Translations under genes and position numbers: made by a program | The notes under the pieces: generated by a model | Told to the model about the DNA's origin: nothing | The model's input: only the letters and a program-made list of their open reading frames with translations | Database searches by the model: none | In this document: positions 36,188-46,300 of the stretch, in pieces | How positions within the stretch are numbered: the first letter of the stretch is position 1 | Layout: every line of letters begins with the position of its first letter | From: Anaerolineae bacterium | Lineage (GTDB): Bacteria > Chloroflexota > Anaerolineae > Aggregatilineales > Aggregatilineaceae | NCBI GenBank assembly: GCA_016929355.1 | Contig: JAFGJA010000322.1 | Location: forward strand, 1-48,058 | DNA: 48,058 bases | Direction of reading: 5' to 3'

Positions 36188-39100
36188 CTAGTAGACCAGC
36201 CGTTTGCGAATCGCTGTATTATAGTTTTCGAACAGGGTCTGCGCAGTATGCGCCAATAGCAGCATTAGCTCTCGTTCGTGATCCCCTGCGTGTTCGGCAC
36301 GCGCTAAACAGCGTGTATAGAGCTGCTGCATCAATTCCGCACGGCGCGCTTGCCGTAAGGCCCAGGGTTGACCTTCGCGCTGATAGACACTGATCGCCCA
36401 CTGCCAGTATTCACCCGGTGACGGCTTCTGGTTGGGATCGAACCAGGATTCCAGCGTATCATCAATATAGGTATCCACCCGAGCCTGGATCATTAATGCC
36501 GCAACAGACAGTGAGCCTTCCCCATAAGTATTTTCCGTCAACCAACCATCCGCCAGGCAAAAATCATACACCGCATAGTAGTAATCCGGTACGGCAGCGG
36601 GCTGCCCCAACCACACTGTATCGGCTATATAATCCGCAGTGGCAGGTAAGATCAACGCGTAACTGTTCCGATGACCATCGGTGTACTCGATCTTGCGCAA
36701 CCATTCCAGCGCTTCAACCCACGCCAGCCATTCCAGCCGTTCACGGTACGCCAACAAGACCACCGTCGAAGGCGCTAACCATTGATTTTCACCCGCCAAT
36801 AAACCAGCCCGCTTCATGGCTACTTCCAATTCTGCGGCGGCGGCTTCGCGGGGAAACACGTACATCTGCTGGCGATCACGGGCGCGCAGTCCCATATAGG
36901 CTGCTTGCACGCGCTGATAGCCGTGTGTAGCGCGCATGGGAATCACTTCCGTATTGGCAAATGCCAGAATATGCGCCCGGCTGCCGGTACTCGCTCGCTC
37001 AAAATTAGCGAGTTCGGTGGTTTCGATCTGCACCAGCAGATTTTCGATCATCTCATTTTGGCGCGATGATGCGCGCGATTTATCCGGCTCCAACAAAAAA
37101 TGGGTGCGACTCACCTTATCGGGATAGGTTCCCGTCAACAGCGAATCCACCCGGCGCAAAGTATCCCCTATGGCACGGGTATGACGACCCAAACCGGATA
37201 AAACGTAATCCCATAAACTAAGGCCATCCGTCAAGGAAATCACAAAACGTTCTGCCTCACGCCAAAAACGCTGCGCATTCTCCTCATAATCATAGTCATG
37301 AGCAGGGGGAAGCAGGGGAAGATGAAGCAGCGTGAGTTCAAACTGAACCGCCGCTAATGATTCAAATGCGCCATCATCTGGCTTACGCACATGCCATACC
37401 AATTGCTCGGCCAATTCGCTCACATAAGGTTGAATCCGCGAGGCATAAAAAGTCGCCGCCCATTTTTCATCAAAGAGCCAGTAACGCCCATCATGGCGTG
37501 TTACCCGTTCATCAAACTGATCTTTGCGATCCGCCATTTGCTGATAAAGGGCGCGGTCATCCGCGCAAACGATATGCTGCATAGCTTCCAGGCGAGGCAT
37601 AACATCGTGTAATGCGTCAACCCAATCCGTCACCATCTGTGTCAGGATACGCAGTCCAATCTGGCGTTTGAGCATCACCGTGATGTCATTGGCAAGCGCT
37701 ACATAATGCTGCGTTTCGCGCGTTGGCCGCACCGGCGTTACGGGCATCAAGCGGTTGGTGAGTTGGACCAATGTCCCGCTATACAGCCGGAGTTGCGACA
37801 AGCGAGCATGGATGGGTGTCTGTTGCTGGCGCGCCTCTTCCAACGCACGCTGAACCTGTTCCAATTCCTGGGTCAGATGGGACAACGCCGCGAGTGTATG
37901 CGTGATCCCGACCCCTGTTAATAAATGCTGGATCAGCGCGACCAGACTGTTATTGAACCGGACTCGCTGCCCATTTGCCGCGCGGTGCAGTGTCATGTAA
38001 TAGTCGCCATGCGTCACTTCCGGCGAGTCAATATCGTTAACCGCCGCTTCCAACGGCCCAAATAAACTGGTTAACTGCTTTTCAATGTGTTCGCAAAACC
38101 GGCAGGCCGCACCGCTCCCCAAAAATTTCAAGGCATCGTTAGCATTGGGTTTCCAGTACAGTTTAGCCGAGGCCAGATGTGCGATCTCGCGTATTTGGTC
38201 GGCATACATATCATCCAGCCCGCAAATCCATTGCGCAAACTGGATCGGATCAGCTTCATTCAACCGGCGGATGACACTGGCGCTAGTTTCTAGTTTGAGC
38301 AGATGACTCAAGACGCGCGGACTATAAACCAGGTGATCGTGATCGCTACGAATCCCAGTTTGTTCAACGCCCCAGCGCCGTAATTCATCCCGCCAACGCT
38401 GCGCCGGCATAGTGAGATGAAGATGCTGCGCTAATGCTTCATGCGCCAACCGCGCGCTCCACACATTTTGGGCCAGAGTATGCGGAAACACAGCCGCCGC
38501 CGTGCGCTGCGTACCAACTAACAATTCATCTTCGAGACCAACAGTATCTTTGACCGCTTCTAAGTTAATCCAGTTTTCCTGTATGAACCGCGCGCCAAAA
38601 CGCTGATCGATCTGCGCCAACAACGCATCGCTCCACTGGGCGATCAGATGTTGATCGGCATGGGGATCGTCCTGCGCGGGCCGTTCGCCATAGAGCCGGA
38701 TGTAATCAACTGGACAGCGGGCATCAAGGGTAATGGTGGAAGGCAGCACCGCCAACGGGAAAACATGCGAGGTCAGACACGACTGTTCCAATTCACGCAG
38801 AGCGGCAAAGGCGTTCGCCGCAGTACGAAGCTGGTCGTCAGTCTCCGCGTGAACCGGCAGCGCAATATATGTAATTAACCGCATATGCTGCCCCGTGACA
38901 CCGCGCAGCGCGTGGCGCAGCACGGTTGCGAGATCAAGCAGTAACGCCGATCCCACTAGCTCATCCAGCGATGTGAGCAGGTAAATGTTAGCATCCGATA
39001 CACGTCCGTATTGTAAAACACGGGTGGTATGCTGCTGCATAAAGCGCACGAGGGGTTGGTATGCATACGTCAGATGTTTCAAAAACATCAATCGCACTAA

Positions 39101-39412
39101 CTGGCGATTGTTGCGATCCATCAACCAATCCGCAGTTAACCGCTGTCGTGTAAGGCCAGTCGGGTCTAGCCAACCGTGTATCATATCAGGCGCGCTGGCA
39201 CGTTCGGGCTGGGCCAGCCAATCCGAGGCATCTGTATAGAGATCGTAATACGGGATCGTGGGCGCAGGCGGAGTCTCACCAATACCAACAGACAGGAGCG
39301 ATACAGCCTGCATCGCATCCTGCCCGTAAGCATGACCAATCTGTTCGGCAAGATCAGCTAAAGTGAGCGCACCGATTCTGCCAATACCAAGCATAAACGC
39401 AGGCAATACCAT
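36188..39412 (-). CDS. Degenerate (probably GTPase-dead) tubulin-like paralog, soluble
   Basis: Its ATG shares one nt with the upstream TGA (TGATG at 39410-39414). AFMLGIGRIGALTL and YLLTSLDELVGSALLLDLATVL sit at the positions of the T1 and signature loops. YIALPVHAE...ANAFAALRELEQ is retained. Confidence 0.6.
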   Translation of the reverse strand: MVLPAFMLGIGRIGALTLADLAEQIGHAYGQDAMQAVSLLSVGIGETPPAPTIPYYDLYTDASDWLAQPERASAPDMIHGWLDPTGLTRQRLTADWLMDRNNRQLVRLMFLKHLTYAYQPLVRFMQQHTTRVLQYGRVSDANIYLLTSLDELVGSALLLDLATVLRHALRGVTGQHMRLITYIALPVHAETDDQLRTAANAFAALRELEQSCLTSHVFPLAVLPSTITLDARCPVDYIRLYGERPAQDDPHADQHLIAQWSDALLAQIDQRFGARFIQENWINLEAVKDTVGLEDELLVGTQRTAAAVFPHTLAQNVWSARLAHEALAQHLHLTMPAQRWRDELRRWGVEQTGIRSDHDHLVYSPRVLSHLLKLETSASVIRRLNEADPIQFAQWICGLDDMYADQIREIAHLASAKLYWKPNANDALKFLGSGAACRFCEHIEKQLTSLFGPLEAAVNDIDSPEVTHGDYYMTLHRAANGQRVRFNNSLVALIQHLLTGVGITHTLAALSHLTQELEQVQRALEEARQQQTPIHARLSQLRLYSGTLVQLTNRLMPVTPVRPTRETQHYVALANDITVMLKRQIGLRILTQMVTDWVDALHDVMPRLEAMQHIVCADDRALYQQMADRKDQFDERVTRHDGRYWLFDEKWAATFYASRIQPYVSELAEQLVWHVRKPDDGAFESLAAVQFELTLLHLPLLPPAHDYDYEENAQRFWREAERFVISLTDGLSLWDYVLSGLGRHTRAIGDTLRRVDSLLTGTYPDKVSRTHFLLEPDKSRASSRQNEMIENLLVQIETTELANFERASTGSRAHILAFANTEVIPMRATHGYQRVQAAYMGLRARDRQQMYVFPREAAAAELEVAMKRAGLLAGENQWLAPSTVVLLAYRERLEWLAWVEALEWLRKIEYTDGHRNSYALILPATADYIADTVWLGQPAAVPDYYYAVYDFCLADGWLTENTYGEGSLSVAALMIQARVDTYIDDTLESWFDPNQKPSPGEYWQWAISVYQREGQPWALRQARRAELMQQLYTRCLARAEHAGDHERELMLLLAHTAQTLFENYNTAIRKRLVY

Positions 39413-42400
39413 CAGAAGCTCGACAAATCTCCAAAGGCACTAGCAGGCAAAGTTTCCGTTTCATCCGTAAATTTCACGGCGTAGAACCTCGCCCCTTGCT
39501 GATCAGTGTAGAAATAACGAGGCTCATTCGGTTTAAGGTCTAGCAGATAATCCTGCGACCCAACGGTTAACTCCGCGTAAGCACCACCCACACGAGATAC
39601 ATCACGTTGGCGACGAGTAGTGACCATAATTCGGTTAAACAGAGCCGCCGTGAGGTCTGGACTGCGGAGCAAATTACGGCGCGGAACCTGCATCGTATTA
39701 CGCTTGGTAGGCAGGGCTATATCCCAAACCGGCTCTAACTCGCCACCGTTTTGCATACTATGACGCGGCAATCGATAAAGGGCCAACGTACCACTCAACG
39801 GCGCAACCCGCCGTCTACGACTAAAGAAGATTATGAGGAAAATTGCTATGACAATACAGGCCAAAAAAGTCAGCGCGCCATAAATTTCAACTAACCGTAC
39901 CAGATTTCTATTCACCCGCAGACTGGCAACCATTAATGGATTACCCGTCTGGCTGGTCAACGAAGACGCATATTCAAACCGGGTTGTATCTAGTTGCGGC
40001 GCATCGGGACTATCAACTAGCAGTTCAAACTGGACAAAATAATTGCCAGCCTCAAGATTCGTCAATTCGGCAACATACACGCCTTCTTTTTCACTGCGCG
40101 TGAGTTCGATTCCCAAATCTTCTGCCAGATTCCCCGTACCATCAGCGCGCACGATGCTAAACTTGAACGGAATCGGCGCAGTTGTATTCTCAGAAGCCGC
40201 CGTGCCCGCTTCGCCCATGAAGTGCGGATGGATCAATTGACCCGCTTCATCCAGAAACGCAATCTCAATACTACGTGCGGCCTGTGGCCATGACACGATG
40301 CTTGCCCCCCCGAATTCAGGGATATTCACATAATCGAACATGGTATAGTCGGGTGAGCTACTGTCGCGTTCCGCATCGCGGGATGTCATTGGCGAAATAT
40401 CAAGCGGCTTTCCGTCTTCATCCAAGAGCGCTAACGACAAACGTGCAGTTACGGTGGAAATCACGTTTGCCAATTCAAACTGCCCCATAGCGACTGGCCC
40501 TACTCCACCAATCGGTTTGAGGTCGCTCGTCATGGTCATGGTCATTGAAAAGCTGCATTCGCCGGTATCAAAGCGCAGTTCCGGGCGGGCAATGAGCAAA
40601 TTTCCTTCTTGCCGCAGTGCCGTAACCCGTTCGGGTTGCGCCGGACAGCCGACACCGTCGTCATAGATGATCTGTGCGGATAAACCAGGGGGTAACTCCG
40701 CAGGTGTTGTTTCTGTCCCAACCCACACCTTCACACTTAAGGTTTCACTGCGCGGTTGGTTAATCTGCGTAATACTGTTAGGTTTGGCACTCGATACCGC
40801 AGGGGTATCGCCCACCTGACGCCAGAACGTCAACGTACCGACCTGTAGAGCAAGCGGGACATTCGGCTTAAGGAAAGTATATTGATCGGTCAGCGTTAAG
40901 GTCTGCCCGGCGGTTGAATCATCATTCTCCGTACCTGAATCCTCACCCGCCAATGGGATAGTAATTTCAGGCCAATCCGGTTGGGGTTGTGCGTCAAACA
41001 CGGCATTATATGCCCCTTCGTACAGCGGCAAAAATGTCTCACTGACGCACCGATTCACATCGCAGGTCATTTCTAGCGGAATAGATTCACCAACAGGCGA
41101 CTGCACACTGGCGGTGAAAATCGGTTCATAATCTAAATCGATCCATGATACACCGTCGGGATCGTGAATCGTATAGACCAACCGCACCGGCTGGTATTGC
41201 AGTTGGGATGTGGGATCGGCGCTTTCCCAACTAAGCTGTGATTCCGCCTGACGGTACATAATGCGCATATTCACCCCGCCCCCACTGGGGTCCTGGACCG
41301 TCCAGGTTCCCGCGCGGGGTCGATTGAAACGCAGATAACGCATCGTGCCCGAATTGGACGCAAAAATGGGTTCGTCAATCGTCTGACTTTCACCATTCGC
41401 GGTGATTGTGGGCAGCGTTGCAGACCGTGACAGCAGCAGCATTTCCAAATATTCTTGATAGGGTGGAACTTCAAAACTGCCCGTTGACGCCACCAGACCC
41501 AATGTTCGCCCAATTTGAGCGTCATCGGCGCTGTCTCCACCAGCAATAGCCAGCGTCAATTGTTCGGCCAATATGTCAAACATCGCCTGCGGCAGTTCGT
41601 TAATCGAATTTAGCTGCATAAACGCACCAGCGCGCCGGGTGGTTTCGTTTTCCCATACGGCGTGTGTAGCTCGCAAGCTGGCCCCGCGATTTTCAGTATC
41701 CCATATCGCCAGGTCAGAGATATGAAGCACAATCGGAACAATATCCGATTGCAGGAGTTGGCTGTGTGCATACTGCAAATGGTTGGTCATAACATTGGGT
41801 GACATACAATCCGAATTGTAGACTTGCAGGTTGTCATTGACACGCTGCTCGCTATAAGTACCGACAGGTTTGCAGGGCAGGCTGTCCGTGATAATGACCA
41901 ACACACGGCGCGCAGTACCATCGGCCTGCGCTGTCGAAAATAAGTTGTTCACCCCGGTGTATAGCGCGATAAAATCAGAGTTACGGACTTCGTTATTTTG
42001 CGGCGGCGTAGGTTGGATTTCTGGCAGGTTTGCCAGAGATACAGTGTTAAGCACTGTCCAATCCATCAACGTTTGTGTGGTTTCGTCAAACCCAACCACT
42101 GCCGTATGCACCTGAAAATAGGCGGCTAACTCTGGGCGGGATTGCAGTTGGCGGGCCAACCACTGAATATTATTCCGCGTTACATCAAACCGTTCGCCCG
42201 TCCGGTCTGTAGCCGGTGTATTGAGCGGCAGCAGGGCATACCCGATATCGACTAACGACACCTGACCCAGACTCTGGCGACTGTCATCGCGCGACATACT
42301 CCCCGATAAATCCAATGCGATCACTACTTCCAGGTTATCGTAAGCGGTGTCCGTCTGTGCCTGAGTAGAGGTAATGAAGGTTAATCCGCCCCATATCCCG

Positions 42401-42444
42401 AATAAGAAAATACCGACCCATACCATTTTAAATAATGGCTTCAT
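39412..42444 (-). CDS. vWA-domain single-pass membrane protein (paralog C) with a conserved cytoplasmic tail
   Basis: The ORF track starts at GTG 42480. ATG 42444 (GGAGGC 11 nt upstream) gives signal peptide MKPLFKMVWVGIFLFGIWGGLTFITSTQAQTD. MIDAS VVIALDLSGSMSRD. IITDSLPC. VPPYQ. TM ALTFLACIVIAIFLIIFF. Tail RRRRVAPLSGTLAL... ending DLSSF. Confidence 0.85.
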   Translation of the reverse strand: MKPLFKMVWVGIFLFGIWGGLTFITSTQAQTDTAYDNLEVVIALDLSGSMSRDDSRQSLGQVSLVDIGYALLPLNTPATDRTGERFDVTRNNIQWLARQLQSRPELAAYFQVHTAVVGFDETTQTLMDWTVLNTVSLANLPEIQPTPPQNNEVRNSDFIALYTGVNNLFSTAQADGTARRVLVIITDSLPCKPVGTYSEQRVNDNLQVYNSDCMSPNVMTNHLQYAHSQLLQSDIVPIVLHISDLAIWDTENRGASLRATHAVWENETTRRAGAFMQLNSINELPQAMFDILAEQLTLAIAGGDSADDAQIGRTLGLVASTGSFEVPPYQEYLEMLLLSRSATLPTITANGESQTIDEPIFASNSGTMRYLRFNRPRAGTWTVQDPSGGGVNMRIMYRQAESQLSWESADPTSQLQYQPVRLVYTIHDPDGVSWIDLDYEPIFTASVQSPVGESIPLEMTCDVNRCVSETFLPLYEGAYNAVFDAQPQPDWPEITIPLAGEDSGTENDDSTAGQTLTLTDQYTFLKPNVPLALQVGTLTFWRQVGDTPAVSSAKPNSITQINQPRSETLSVKVWVGTETTPAELPPGLSAQIIYDDGVGCPAQPERVTALRQEGNLLIARPELRFDTGECSFSMTMTMTSDLKPIGGVGPVAMGQFELANVISTVTARLSLALLDEDGKPLDISPMTSRDAERDSSSPDYTMFDYVNIPEFGGASIVSWPQAARSIEIAFLDEAGQLIHPHFMGEAGTAASENTTAPIPFKFSIVRADGTGNLAEDLGIELTRSEKEGVYVAELTNLEAGNYFVQFELLVDSPDAPQLDTTRFEYASSLTSQTGNPLMVASLRVNRNLVRLVEIYGALTFLACIVIAIFLIIFFSRRRRVAPLSGTLALYRLPRHSMQNGGELEPVWDIALPTKRNTMQVPRRNLLRSPDLTAALFNRIMVTTRRQRDVSRVGGAYAELTVGSQDYLLDLKPNEPRYFYTDQQGARFYAVKFTDETETLPASAFGDLSSF

Positions 42445-42488
42445 AAAACTATATGCCTCCGTCCTACCTGCTACGCACACTACTTAGT

Positions 42489-43370
42489 CTACAACGAAGT
42501 TCGATCAATGTCGTCACGATATAATGCGGGGTACCACCCTGGCAAGTCCAGATCGTCCCGATAATACGACACCTGCCGGAACTCTAAGGTGGCGGATTCC
42601 AAATCATCTGATAATGTGACTACCACGTAAGTGGGTGTGTTATCTGGCACACGAGGAAACCCCACACTACCGGGATTGACATAGAGTGGGTGTTCGCTTA
42701 ACCCACTGAACGTATGTTGTCCTGTTTTGTGATTCGGGACAGGTTTGGCGGTTTGATCGCTGGCATCCCAGTGCCATATACCAGATACATGAGTATGTGC
42801 CGTGATAATTATACGCAGGGCCTCAGCCCTGGGCAAACGAACCAGCAAGCTGCGCACCGCATCTCCGATCCGCGCGTCACTGTCGTTAGTTTGTGAATAG
42901 GCCCGCACTACATCCACGCTGCCATCGTCACAGAGCGCATAATGCGCATGGGCGACATAGATTCCCGGACGTGGTGGTTCAGTCGCATACGGGTGAAGTT
43001 GGTTCAAAAAGTTCCTTATCTCGTCCCCGCGCACATATTTATCCAATTCCTCGCGGTTTTTTTCGCCCGTGAAAGTCGCCAGTTTACCATTGCCGCCGAC
43101 CACCGACCCATCTACGTGCCCATGCAATACTTTATCGAGAATCACCATCTCATGGTTGCCGATCAACCATGCCCGCCGGTCACGCGGCGCTTGTTGTTGG
43201 TAGACCGGCCATAACAAATTCAGCGTCTTAACTGCATTAGGCCCACGCCCAATCATATCACCGAGACACCACACTACTTTGATTTTCTGCGCAGCAATGT
43301 CATCCAGCACGGCGCTGGTAGCTGCATTGTTGGCATGAGTATCTGCGATAATAGCAATCCGTTCACTCAT
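42489..43370 (-). CDS. Calcineurin-like metallophosphoesterase with PPP/ApaH-type motifs (candidate Ser/Thr phosphoprotein phosphatase)
   Basis: The ORF track starts at GTG 43391. ATG 43370 has GGGGGA 5 nt upstream and puts motif I near the N-terminus: IAIIADTHAN (DxH), CLGDMIGRGP (GDxxDRG-like), LIGNHE (GNHE), ITAHTHV, NPGSVG. Confidence 0.8.
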   Translation of the reverse strand: MSERIAIIADTHANNAATSAVLDDIAAQKIKVVWCLGDMIGRGPNAVKTLNLLWPVYQQQAPRDRRAWLIGNHEMVILDKVLHGHVDGSVVGGNGKLATFTGEKNREELDKYVRGDEIRNFLNQLHPYATEPPRPGIYVAHAHYALCDDGSVDVVRAYSQTNDSDARIGDAVRSLLVRLPRAEALRIIITAHTHVSGIWHWDASDQTAKPVPNHKTGQHTFSGLSEHPLYVNPGSVGFPRVPDNTPTYVVVTLSDDLESATLEFRQVSYYRDDLDLPGWYPALYRDDIDRTSL

Positions 43371-43393
43371 AACATCCCCCACATTGAGCACAT

Positions 43394-46300
43394 TTACCGA
43401 CTCGCCCGTCTAGCCTCTAATAATACAGGATGATTTTCCAAGTTAGTCACTTGCGGATTTTGCGGGCAAAGCCGACGCAATCCGACCAACATCTGATCGG
43501 CTTCTTGCACAAGTGGCGTCAAACGCTGGCGACGTTTACGGCGATTCATACGCACTGTCAACACTTCATCCATAGCCGTCAACAAACCGTTAAACTCAAC
43601 GCGCCGCCGATCCCAATCCGCCTCAACCGTGTTAATCCGCGCTAACTCATGATGAACCTCTTCAACATATTGGTTGTAACGCTGGTAACGGTGACGCTCC
43701 ATCCATTCCAGAATGTTCCGTCCACGCCTGGACCCGGCGCGTTTCTGTGCTAGCGCATAATCGGCCAGCGCGTTATCTTCCGCAACCGGCGGGGTACTCA
43801 CGGCTTCCAACGCTTTTTGCAGCCCGATTTTATCAGCGTAAGTGGGATCATCGAACCCATACAGCGCCCCTTCTACCAATTGCTGCGCCAGGACAAAATT
43901 CCCCTTCTCCTGCTCAATCACCGCTCGCTGTTTAATCTGCGGCCATACAATCACAGCAGGATCGGGTTGCGCCGTTTGGTTGAGAAGTTCTTCCGGTTGG
44001 ACTATATTAGGCGCACCAAATTGCTGCGACCAATCAACTATAATTTCAAACTGCCGGAGTCTCATACTAATCAACTGCAAGATCGCATCCCACCCCATCA
44101 CATCGCTGTCGGTCCAAACGTCACGCACACGCACTTCGCGGTATAACATCATCTCCTTGAACATATTTTTGTAAATACGTGTTTCCTCGACAGTTTTTGC
44201 TTTTTGCGCGGCCTCAACGAAGCGCTCAGCGCGCATATCATCCTGAACACCCGTCAACAGATTGACAAGATCACGTAGTTCAGAAAAACGTTTATCGAAG
44301 CGGGATTTCAGATCATCCTCAACCCAGGGATGCTGATCAAGATCGTCCTCAATCGCACGCACTTCAGCCAGGAAATTCTCCCACGCCTGTCGATATTCGC
44401 GTTCGAAATCATGCCAATTGTTATTGCCATCATCACGCGGTTCATAGTTGCGCACAAAGTTCTCAAACGATTCACCCGCATTCAGGAAATGCTGAAGTTT
44501 TCCGCGCAGTTCATCTAATGCCGGAATCTGTTCCGCACAGGTTCTAATCAGGAGCGTCCCATGCTCACGCAACGCATCAAGACCGTGGAACAATTCAACC
44601 AAATCGCGGATGAGGCGCACATAGTTCAGGTAATTCACAACTGCAACGCGCTTATTCTCCAATGCTTTTCGCGCCTGCCCAACAGAAATGCCTTCAGGGG
44701 AAAACGCCCTGGCGTATAGGCGATCTACATCCTCCACAATCACCCCAGAAAGCTGTGTGAGCTGACGCAACATCCAGACACCTGCCGGATCATCTTCATC
44801 TAACACTAGCAATTTCGCATAGAGCGGCAGTGTATCCGGTGTCAACCCGACATAATTATCCGGGTCGTTCCCGCCGAGGCGTTGCAGTGCTTCGCGCAAA
44901 TCCGCCTGAACTTGATGCACCCGTTCGTCAAACCAACGCTGCAAGGCGGGAAGTGTTTCGCGGCATGGGGCGAATGCCTCATCCCAACGATCATACGCCT
45001 GTTGAAACAGCGCAAGTTCGACAGCAACTTGCAACCGCTCTTCTACTTCGCGCATAGAATCGCCAATGGCGGGTCCCGCCAGCGCAACCTGAATATACTC
45101 CTTCGCATGGTCGATGACGTGGCGCTGGTTTGGCGCAAGTTTATCTTTTTCTGCGGTACGAATCTGGTTTTCCAACGCACGGGCAATGTCACTCACATCA
45201 TGGAGCAGTTCACGGCGCGTTTTCAGATCGGGCGTATACTGCGCATGAGTCAACATGACTCGGATGCGCCACACCAAATATTGAGTGTGATCGATGGGAT
45301 CCGCCGTATCGGTGGCATCTTCCGCTAACTCGCGCGCGATCTCGATCAATTCGCTGATCCACTCGCTCACGGCGTCGGCATTCAAACCGCGCTCTCCCGG
45401 CTCTAGCAAACGGTCAATCTGCATTTCTTTTTGCTGTTTTTTGACTGCCGCAATTTGTTTGCGGATGTAAGCCACATCTTCCCAACTGGGGTGCGACTCG
45501 AGCAACGTTTGCCATTGTTCAATCGCCGCATCAAGGTGTTTGGCATTCGCATGATCACGCGCCAACTGTGCCCCTTCATAAAGCCGGTAGCGTCGCCGCA
45601 CACGCTGCGCTTGATCGGGATCGAGATCACCGAGATCGGTCAATGCTTCCTGAAATTCAGCCCGATCAAACTCGGTATCGATTTTAAGATTATTGAATCG
45701 CCCCAAAATCTGTTGGACCCACTGCACACGTGCATCTTCCAAAAACCGATCACGGGTGCGGCGTTCGGTCAGATTGACAAAATTCTTGATACTTTGCAGT
45801 TGGCGATACGCCTCGCCGGGACGACCTTCAGCCAATAATTGTTGCCCGCGCGTCAATGTATCCCGATCCCGATCCAATTCACGGGACCGGTGACGGATGT
45901 CTTCCAACCGGTCAATGAGTTTATTGCGCAAATCGTTTTGCAGACCATCCCCGGTGATAGTGTGCTCAAGCTGCGCGATCACCTCATCATAACCTTCACT
46001 AGCTAATAACCGATCCAGATCCAAAAATAACAAATGTGCATCGAGATTCAACGCCAGATCATCAAACTCCTGAGTAAACGCTGTATCTCGTTCGGAAGCT
46101 GTGCGCGCGGCATCGAGAGCACGCTGCACTCTATCGCGGCGCGGATTCCCCAAATATTCACGCAACCGCTCCAATTCTGCTTCTGCGTTCAAGCGCAGCG
46201 TAACTTCGCCTTTCAAACGCTCATAGAGGGGATGCACTTCATAGTATTGGCGTAGATGGAAATCATTTTCCAGAGCGCGCATGATTCTTGCTGCGGCATC